This document shows, piece by piece, positions 17,201 through 23,764 of a DNA stretch of 58,161 bases. Positions within the stretch are counted from its first letter, which is position 1, and the number at the start of each line of letters is the position of its first letter. A program made the translations under genes and the position numbers. Location of the stretch: contig JAYYQG010000031.1 in the NCBI GenBank assembly GCA_036128515.1, forward strand, positions 1-58,161, written 5' to 3'. The notes beneath the pieces are model-generated. The model was not told the DNA's origin. It was given only the letters and a program-made list of their open reading frames with translations, and ran no database searches. This stretch comes from Chloroflexota bacterium (lineage in GTDB: Bacteria > Chloroflexota > Dehalococcoidia > Lucifugimonadales > Lucifugimonadaceae).

Positions 17201-17473
17201 TCTAAGTTTATATTTTTAATAAGTGATGGAAGGCCGCAAGACAGGGGATATAGCAGGGAAGGAGTTGAGAAGGAATATGCTGTTAACGATACAAAGAAAG
17301 CATTGTTAGAAGCAAAAAAACAAGGGATAACAACATTTTGTCTGACTGTAGATAAAGAAGGCCATGATTATATGAAGAGCATGATGGATGATCTGAGCTA
17401 TGAAGTTCTGGATGATATTTCATCACTACCATTGAGAATTCCGCAACTTTATAAAAATTTAACTTCTAATTAA
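14225..17473 (+). CDS. Large (1082 aa) NorD/CbbO-like von Willebrand factor A protein with an uncharacterised N-terminal region and a polyacidic linker
   Basis: The C-terminal third has YDEWDFRDETYKKNWCLV (NorD/CbbO-type), the MIDAS motif LLDMSAST, FGFSGYGR and LISDGRPQD. The roughly 570 N-terminal residues have no motif I recognise except HQVGH. It starts 1 nt after the Nudix stop. Confidence 0.8.
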   Translation: MKELIKKELNKFSLEPSLIDNFIESVSEGLNQNGIEIWINTIKSFSNSQTSRIIIKNIIEETPAILRSIPQSQYLEWVKQCYRISEVSEDLSITYVNATTGVIENLKPRHLLDWGNIGLSLYRSSKNSTSLVNNFFKYSPSLCLKLNYEELEILNDTLKRISTRSISFSIKILDWVLKISSITPSDLTSWNRVINLVSKKLIKDFEEIFTILAENADVINENKTFLNLLSLVIDDNPQILKQFIKNSIQIFNSEFNKDRSYQDQLKKVIEKTNCEEILLFSKNYLEMRNKISQDKFKLWFDNSTVQSNSNEKGFFSLENQNSKDLFNDLTFSVDLDIEREILKLYCCALSGSDLAVQSSSVMVDKEIGWFNPELATTEGTTIFLPESIKKFNKKEKNFSWLKVIATHQVGHIEFGTFRFNLHNESCYFNNLRNEIYSDFEKNNKEITDMTNFFKFFDDSKLAQDIFSVFEAFRVDQKIIKKYLGIKNSFLEVQNECLEDRPKISSLPAREQLLELLIRFSLNDLNQKVAKNLKSSFAKLLNILIILKRNGSKVEDTAEATLRAYKILKEIKNLPEGDFDEFSYDLNPEQDFNDDDFESLTEFFKSQGAEILPEEIKDFQGSEEFENSEQIEQSISQEDYNSPQEVEFWGEFKPELSQLLYEMSSSEAEFSDEGDLTDLSQEQLEEMLKDSVEESINDEDDQVSESDITQNLEDALNDMQMDRSDDDQSKFADKFDHFDEDGKSLEAIEENQYLYDEWDFRDETYKKNWCLVNEKTIGEGDLVYYQETLEKYSDIVKDIKKQFELINPETYRKIKRLQDGEEQDLDLTVEAMIDLRSGITPSEKLYWRRNKVERSIAVAFLLDMSASTAEAIDDSTSQSDEWSAPSDPEKYMEWLRKRRSQGFRRSYKRIVDLEKEGLILLLDALETLGDKYGIFGFSGYGRENVEYYTIKDLDEKFSSTIPKRIDRISPLHATRMGPAVRHCASKLMQTDERSKFIFLISDGRPQDRGYSREGVEKEYAVNDTKKALLEAKKQGITTFCLTVDKEGHDYMKSMMDDLSYEVLDDISSLPLRIPQLYKNLTSN

Positions 17474-18579
17474 TAGTTACAATTTGATTCGGACTTTTTA
17501 TTAGTGCTATGGTCTGTGCAATAAATTAATTGGCCTAGCTCTGAAACCCAATCATCATCAAGCTCGACTATATCGGCAGTGTCTTGAAAAACAGCATTTA
17601 TTTTACCTTGCTGGAAAAATTTTCTCTCAAATTTACCAAGACTTAAAGTTATAGGCTTAATTAGCAAAGAACCATTTTGAGAAAATGTATTATTTCTTAA
17701 ATAAATATAAGTACTATTTTTATTAATCCCATATTGTGAAAAATCATTTTCTGTTTCTAGGCCAGTAACTACAACCTGATTTATTTTTGGGTTTTTCATT
17801 AAACTTAAGATTTCTTCAGCATAGTTAGAATTTACATCCTGCAAACCATCACAAGGTTCATTTTCTGTATATGATTTTCCTGTTAATTCATCTATCAAAA
17901 CATCACAAAATTTCCAGTTATTATCATTTCCACTAAAAATATTTCTGCCGAACCCCTTTAATAAATCTCCTGATTCATAAATTAATATTTCATTTATATT
18001 TTCTTTTTCAAAATTATAAACCCATTCAGGGAATGGAGGAGATTCTAATAAATATTTAATCGCGTTTCCAAACGATGTATTTAGAGCATATATGTTTTCG
18101 TCATTATTCAGCTTTATATACTGATATGCTCCATCCGGACTTAAATCTCCAAAATAAATTTGTAAAGTATTAAAATCTGAATTTTTATTTAAACCAATTG
18201 TCGCAGTCATCATAGGTTTTTTAAGTCCAAAATCATCTATGCTTGTATTTTGATTTAAAGTAATTTGTCTTTGAATAACTGGCTCCTTTATAAGAAAAGT
18301 AATTCCAGACCATCTAGAATAATTAACAGGATAATTAAACTCATCTGAATATATTCTCCAATTGCTATTTATTAATTTGAATTCAACAATATTGTCATTA
18401 TTTTCGACAGTAAAAGATGTTATTTCTTCTTCTGGAATTGTGTATAAAAAAGTCCTTTTTCTTTCAATCTCTTGTTGAGGATCTTTTTGAACTAGAAAAA
18501 TTGAAACTGGTGTAATTATTGATAATAATATTATTAATATTAGTGTGGTTTTGAAGTTCATTATCTCCTTCGCCACCAA
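17470..18579 (-). CDS. Membrane-anchored DUF4340-like protein, the last gene of the ABC/GldG module
   Basis: An N-terminal TM anchor followed by a large extracytoplasmic domain. The family call rests on its position after a GldG-like gene, not on motifs. Confidence 0.45.
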   Translation of the reverse strand: MVAKEIMNFKTTLILIILLSIITPVSIFLVQKDPQQEIERKRTFLYTIPEEEITSFTVENNDNIVEFKLINSNWRIYSDEFNYPVNYSRWSGITFLIKEPVIQRQITLNQNTSIDDFGLKKPMMTATIGLNKNSDFNTLQIYFGDLSPDGAYQYIKLNNDENIYALNTSFGNAIKYLLESPPFPEWVYNFEKENINEILIYESGDLLKGFGRNIFSGNDNNWKFCDVLIDELTGKSYTENEPCDGLQDVNSNYAEEILSLMKNPKINQVVVTGLETENDFSQYGINKNSTYIYLRNNTFSQNGSLLIKPITLSLGKFERKFFQQGKINAVFQDTADIVELDDDWVSELGQLIYCTDHSTNKKSESNCNY

Positions 18580-20324
18580 TTATAAATTCCTAATGATAAA
18601 GATAATGCTGGTAAAAAAATCCAGCCACTCCATCTCACAAAGTTCCTTTCATCCTTTGTCAGTACTAATTCTCTAAATACTTTTTCTTTTGGCCTAATGG
18701 ATATTAACTCAACATCACTTGTTAACCAATTAACGGAATTAGCAAAAAGATCTTCATTTTTTGCGGAAAAAATAAATCTGTTACTTGCAAAATCAGTATC
18801 TCCAGAAATTAATAATTTTGAAATTGTATACGTCCCGTCAGCTTCTTTTTTTGGAGTACCTTTAATTTCTGAGATTACCTCAACTGCTAAAGCGACCGGC
18901 AATGGACCTGATATATCGTCATTATTAAATTCAATTATTTCTTTAGATTTTTCCTCCCAACTGCTAATTGTGGTGTATGCAATAGGTTCAGCTTTTACAT
19001 AAGGAAATCCTTCATTAGTAATAGGAATTTCTTCATTTGTAATAGACATTCCTATAAATTTTGAGCCTGGAAAATAAATTACATCAAAGTTATGAGTTAT
19101 TGGGTGGTCGGGTATTTGAAGGTTAGAGTCTTTAATTTGAAGAAACTCTAAATTTGGAGCAACATAACTTATCCTATCAACAAGGGTCCCCTCACCTGAA
19201 ATAATACCCCAACCTGACAGCATTTCTGTATATCCTTTTGGTGAGTCAGGTTCCATCAACATCATAATATTCCCTCCAAGAGCGATATATTCTTTTAAGA
19301 CATTTTTTTCAGATTCCAACAAATCATCAGAAGGATCAGAAATAATTATGGCAGCAGGAAAAAGATCTAATTCGTTTGATAAACTAAAATTCAAAAGTAT
19401 TCTAGATAGTTCATCTGTAGTAATGGATGACACATCATAATTATCTCTTTCTAATGTAATTTTTGCTTGACCAAGTGAATTACTAGATCTATCAATATTA
19501 TTTATATCTCTTTCTTCGTGCCCTGAGAGAAAAAATATCTTTTTTCTTTTTATTTGACTTGAAATGAGCATACCTGAAATTACATCTTTTTCACTAAATA
19601 CATCAATACTTAAATTTGGGTCTCCGCCGACAATATGAGCTAATCTTTGCGATTCTTCTAACCTAAAAACTAAGATTGGCAAATCTCTTCCAGACAAGTA
19701 TTTCTCAATATTTAAACTGCTTGATAAATTAGGATCCAGGTCAGGATCAATATGTTTAAAAGTAAGTTCATAGTTATTGGAATTTCTTGAGAATTCACTT
19801 AACAAATCTTCAGTTCTTTTAATAGAAAGAGCATCTTTACTTGAATCATTTCTTAGAAATAGAAATATTTCTAAGTTTTCATTTAAATTTTGTATAGCAT
19901 TAATAGCTTGATTTGAAAGGTCGTATTCTTTTGAAGCAGTTAAATCTGACCTAAACCATGAAGGCGTTATTCCATTTTTATTGCTTATATAAATTACAGA
20001 ATTGATTATCAAAGAAATTATAATTACTCCAATTAGTATAAACAAAGTGTTTGCCCCATAAGCCCCTTTAGAGCTAATTAAAAAATTTTTAATTTTAGAT
20101 AAGTTAAAAATTGTAGAAATAATTAGTGAAAAAGCCCCAGCACCAATTAGTATTATCCCTGTAGATTGAATATCTCTTAAAAATAATACAACAACCAAAC
20201 CAATTGCTATCGATAAAAAACCTGAAATAAAAGTTATATATTGGATAGAGTACGAATAACCTTTTATAAGATTAGCAAGACTTTTCTTTTCATTATTAAA
20301 TTTTCTGTTTTTATTTATCTCCAC
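18561..20324 (-). CDS. GldG-like auxiliary component of an ABC-type transport system
   Basis: 587 aa, with N-terminal TM segments, a large middle domain and a C-terminal TM ending in WWRRR. This architecture and its position after an ABC-2 permease are typical of GldG-family proteins. Confidence 0.55.
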   Translation of the reverse strand: MEINKNRKFNNEKKSLANLIKGYSYSIQYITFISGFLSIAIGLVVVLFLRDIQSTGIILIGAGAFSLIISTIFNLSKIKNFLISSKGAYGANTLFILIGVIIISLIINSVIYISNKNGITPSWFRSDLTASKEYDLSNQAINAIQNLNENLEIFLFLRNDSSKDALSIKRTEDLLSEFSRNSNNYELTFKHIDPDLDPNLSSSLNIEKYLSGRDLPILVFRLEESQRLAHIVGGDPNLSIDVFSEKDVISGMLISSQIKRKKIFFLSGHEERDINNIDRSSNSLGQAKITLERDNYDVSSITTDELSRILLNFSLSNELDLFPAAIIISDPSDDLLESEKNVLKEYIALGGNIMMLMEPDSPKGYTEMLSGWGIISGEGTLVDRISYVAPNLEFLQIKDSNLQIPDHPITHNFDVIYFPGSKFIGMSITNEEIPITNEGFPYVKAEPIAYTTISSWEEKSKEIIEFNNDDISGPLPVALAVEVISEIKGTPKKEADGTYTISKLLISGDTDFASNRFIFSAKNEDLFANSVNWLTSDVELISIRPKEKVFRELVLTKDERNFVRWSGWIFLPALSLSLGIYNWWRRR

Positions 20325-21112
20325 CTTCTACTCTCTAGACTAAAAATTGTAAGGACAATAAATATTGCTGAAATGGAAATGTAAAAAATTATGTCATAAA
20401 TATTTATAATTCCTCTTGCAAAGTCTGCAAAATGCCCTCCCTCAGCAATGCCAAAACTACTACTATCAAACAATGAAAATGATCCTCCAAGTTGAAGTTC
20501 ATTTAAAATTGTTCCAAAAACTCCAGTTACTCTTGATGAAACAAAGTCAATAAATGTAAGAAAAGATAGTATTCCTGATCCAACAACAAGCGATACTAAT
20601 TGATTTGAGCTTAATGAAGAGGCAAATATTCCAACAGATAATGTAGCTGAGCTATATAATATTAACCCGAGATAACCAGTAAATATTGGGCCAAAATCTG
20701 GAACTCCAAAAATTATTAAAATTATTGGGTAAAAAAAAGTGCCTATTATCATAATAATAATTATAGATAAGGCAGCTAAAAATTTTCCTAAAACTATTTC
20801 AAAATCCTTTAAAGGAGATGTCATTAATAATTCCATCGTTCCAAGTTTTTGTTCTTCTGCTATTAATCTCATTGTGAGTGCAGGGGATAGGAATATCATA
20901 AAAAACACTGCCCCAGCAAGAAAACCTCTTATACTTGCCTCGGAGAAAGCATCTGAAACAGATGCAACAAAGAAAAAGCCAGTAATTGTAAAAAAAGAAG
21001 CAGCCACAATATACGCCATAGGAGATTTTAGATATCCCATTAATTCTTTATTAAAAATTGTTATTATATTTTTCAATTTAGTCCTTAGTGAGTTGTAAAA
21101 AAATCTCTTCAA
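20315..21112 (-). CDS. ABC-2 type transporter permease (GldF-like)
   Basis: Six predicted TM segments and the KELMGYLKSPMAYIV N-terminal pattern of ABC-2 exporters. It overlaps the ATPase gene by 35 nt. Confidence 0.7.
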   Translation of the reverse strand: MKRFFYNSLRTKLKNIITIFNKELMGYLKSPMAYIVAASFFTITGFFFVASVSDAFSEASIRGFLAGAVFFMIFLSPALTMRLIAEEQKLGTMELLMTSPLKDFEIVLGKFLAALSIIIIMIIGTFFYPIILIIFGVPDFGPIFTGYLGLILYSSATLSVGIFASSLSSNQLVSLVVGSGILSFLTFIDFVSSRVTGVFGTILNELQLGGSFSLFDSSSFGIAEGGHFADFARGIINIYDIIFYISISAIFIVLTIFSLESRRWR

Positions 21113-22010
21113 GAGTTAGTGGGAGTGATGAAAGTCCAAACAATTCAATATTATTATTTATTAAAATTTTTGATATTAATGACTCAGGACTTTTAACTGA
21201 AGAAGTTTCAATATAATAATTTTCAAATTCATCATTATTGTCATCTTTTGTTCTTATATCTACAATATATTCTTCATTTCTTAATAGTTTAATTATTCCA
21301 TTACTCTTACCATTTTTAACTTTAATTTCACACAAATTTGAAGTTTGTAGTCTATTTGATAAATTTTCTGGAGTATCATCAGCAACAATTTTGCCCTCAT
21401 GTATTACTAAAACCCTTTTACATATTGAAGTTACTTCTGGGAGGATGTGAGAACTTAATATAAGTGTATGATCTTCTCCTAGGTTTTGAATTAATTTTCG
21501 TGTTTCAACCACTTGGACAGGATCAATTCCAATTGTAGGTTCATCTAAAATTAAAATTTTAGGTTTGTGTAATATCGCTTGGGCAATTCCAGTTCTTTGT
21601 CTGTATCCTTTTGAAAGTTTAGAAATAAGGACATTTTTGTATTGATTTAAACTTGTAAGACTAATAACTTCATCAACTCGTTTTGAGATATTTTTATTCA
21701 TACCCCTTAAAGAACCCATGTATTTCAGATAATCCCTTACAGTCATGTCTGTATACAAGGGCACACTCTCAGGTAGATAACCAATTAATTTCCTTGCATC
21801 AATAGAATTTTTAATGATGTCATGCCCTCCAATATTTACATTTCCTGATGTTGGAGGAGTAAATCCTGTCATAACTTTCATGGTTGTTGATTTTCCCGCA
21901 CCATTTGGCCCTAATAACCCAATTGATTCACCCTTTGAGATATTAAAACTTACATCAATTACAGCGGGGTACTCCCCATAGTACTTAGACATTTTAGATA
22001 TATTTATCAT
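21078..22010 (-). CDS. ABC transporter ATP-binding protein (GldA/CcmA-like)
   Basis: Walker A GPNGAGKST, signature LSKGYRQR and Walker B ILILDEPT. Confidence 0.9.
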   Translation of the reverse strand: MINISKMSKYYGEYPAVIDVSFNISKGESIGLLGPNGAGKSTTMKVMTGFTPPTSGNVNIGGHDIIKNSIDARKLIGYLPESVPLYTDMTVRDYLKYMGSLRGMNKNISKRVDEVISLTSLNQYKNVLISKLSKGYRQRTGIAQAILHKPKILILDEPTIGIDPVQVVETRKLIQNLGEDHTLILSSHILPEVTSICKRVLVIHEGKIVADDTPENLSNRLQTSNLCEIKVKNGKSNGIIKLLRNEEYIVDIRTKDDNNDEFENYYIETSSVKSPESLISKILINNNIELFGLSSLPLTLEEIFLQLTKD

Positions 22011-22087
22011 AACAATCGGTCTACAAAATATTTAAAGGGAAATGATAGCCAATAAATAATTTATATTCAACAATAGCTTATTTTTTT

Positions 22088-22096
22088 TGATAGAAT
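22088..22096 (+). promoter_or_regulatory. Candidate extended -10 element (TGaTAGAAT) placed to start transcription at the cysteine desulfurase ATG
   Basis: TG at 22088..22089, TAGAAT at 22091..22096, exactly 6 nt, then ATG at 22103. No Shine-Dalgarno sequence is present. Confidence 0.3.
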
Positions 22097-22102
22097 ATAA
22101 TC

Positions 22103-23287
22103 ATGCCATTTGATTCAAACAACGAAATTTATGTAGATAATGCTGCGACAACATCAATGTCAAAAGATGTTTTAGATGCAATGTTGCCTTATTTTTCAAG
22201 TAATTACGGTAACCCTTCAAGCTTGTATAGTTTGGCTCAAATTTCAAGAGACGCAGTTGAATTATCCAGAGAGACCATTTCAAATATTTTAAATTGCAAG
22301 CCAAGCGAAATAGTTTTTAATAGTGGCGGAACTGAATCCGATAATCTAGCAATTATTGGCGTATCTAAGGCATTGGAATCTACTGGAAAACATCTTATTA
22401 CATCAAAGATTGAGCATCATGCAGTCATGCATGCAATGGAAGAAATGGAATCTTTGGGTTATAAAGTTACTTATTTAAATGTTGATAATGATGGATTTGT
22501 AGATCTAGAAGAGCTTGGTCAATCCATAACATCTGAAACAACTTTGGTATCTATTATGTATGCCAATAATGAGACTGGCGCAATACAGCCAATTCAAGAA
22601 ATTAGCCAAATAATTAAAAAAAAGTCAGCTGATTTAAATCGAGATATATATTTTCATACAGATGCTGTACAGGCTGCAGGAAAATTGAGTTTAAATGTTG
22701 AAGAGCTTGGAGTTGATTTAATGACTATTTCTGGGCATAAATTCTATGGGCCCAAGGGCACTGGCCTCCTTTATTTAAGGAAAGGTGTCCCAATGAGTCC
22801 AATTATTTTGGGTGGAGGCCAAGAAAGACAAAGGCGCTCAGGGACTGAAAATGTTCCCGGGATAGTAGGTTTAGCAAAAGCTTTAGAAATAGCAGATTTA
22901 TCAAAAAATAACTTTAATGAACATTGTAATAAGCTGATTAATTTCATCAGAGAAAAATTATCTTCTTTTAAATACAGTAATTACATTGTAACTCCTAAGG
23001 AAAACTCATTATCAAATATATTAAATGTGTGTTTTAAAAATTTTGAAGGTGAGCCTATTTTAATTGGGTTAGATATGGCAGGAATATGCGCATCGAGTGG
23101 AAGTGCATGTAGCTCAGCATCACTAGAACCTTCTCATGTATTAATTGCACAAGGGATAGATCCAAAACTTGCTGTAGGATCTATAAGAATTAGCCTCTCA
23201 CTTGAAAATACAGAAGGTGATATTAAGTATCTTGTTGAAAACCTGGAAAGCGTTGTATCTGAATTATCAGTTTATGCTAAAAGTTGA
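22103..23287 (+). CDS. Cysteine desulfurase (NifS/IscS class, PLP-dependent)
   Basis: IYVDNAATT, SGHKFYGPKGTGLLY (PLP lysine) and the active-site loop SSGSACSS. Confidence 0.9.
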   Translation: MPFDSNNEIYVDNAATTSMSKDVLDAMLPYFSSNYGNPSSLYSLAQISRDAVELSRETISNILNCKPSEIVFNSGGTESDNLAIIGVSKALESTGKHLITSKIEHHAVMHAMEEMESLGYKVTYLNVDNDGFVDLEELGQSITSETTLVSIMYANNETGAIQPIQEISQIIKKKSADLNRDIYFHTDAVQAAGKLSLNVEELGVDLMTISGHKFYGPKGTGLLYLRKGVPMSPIILGGGQERQRRSGTENVPGIVGLAKALEIADLSKNNFNEHCNKLINFIREKLSSFKYSNYIVTPKENSLSNILNVCFKNFEGEPILIGLDMAGICASSGSACSSASLEPSHVLIAQGIDPKLAVGSIRISLSLENTEGDIKYLVENLESVVSELSVYAKS

Positions 23288-23764
23288 ATGAAATTCATTA
23301 GAAATAATTTATTGCTTTTCACTTCAATTTTCTTTGTTATTGCCTCTTTTTTAATTTCTGTAACTATTATTTTTCAACCTTTCAATTCTACTGAAGATCT
23401 TTATGTTTCTGGTAGAACCTTGTTCATTAAATTAAACCAACCAGAACAATTGCAAGAATTCTCAAATGATTCAAGTAAAATAATTTCAATTAATGCTGAA
23501 GTAATAAATGCAGCATCAGGAGAAATATTGTTATTAATCAATGACCAATCTGCAGATTTATTATCAAAAGATGGATATACATATAAGCCACTAAATCCAA
23601 ATGATATAAATCTTGATATTGAAAAACCTTTGTGGGGTAGTTTTAAGTTATCAAGAAATCAAATGGTTAAAGGAAATCTTTTTTTTAAAGTAAATAAAAC
23701 TTTTGACCCACAAACTTTCGAATGGAAAGAGTCGGATAGGGTTATTATAAATTTTAGCCAATAA
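23288..23764 (+). CDS. Hypothetical membrane-anchored protein
   Basis: An N-terminal TM helix followed by a beta-rich domain of about 120 aa. Its ATG directly follows the desulfurase stop (TGAATG). I recognise no motif. Confidence 0.5.
   Translation: MKFIRNNLLLFTSIFFVIASFLISVTIIFQPFNSTEDLYVSGRTLFIKLNQPEQLQEFSNDSSKIISINAEVINAASGEILLLINDQSADLLSKDGYTYKPLNPNDINLDIEKPLWGSFKLSRNQMVKGNLFFKVNKTFDPQTFEWKESDRVIINFSQ

Noticed and set aside
12813-17473. Reading the CbbQ/VWA pair as evidence of a Calvin-cycle or denitrification locus.
   Set aside because: No Rubisco, phosphoribulokinase, carboxysome, norB or norC genes are present in the window. Assigning either function would be unsupported.
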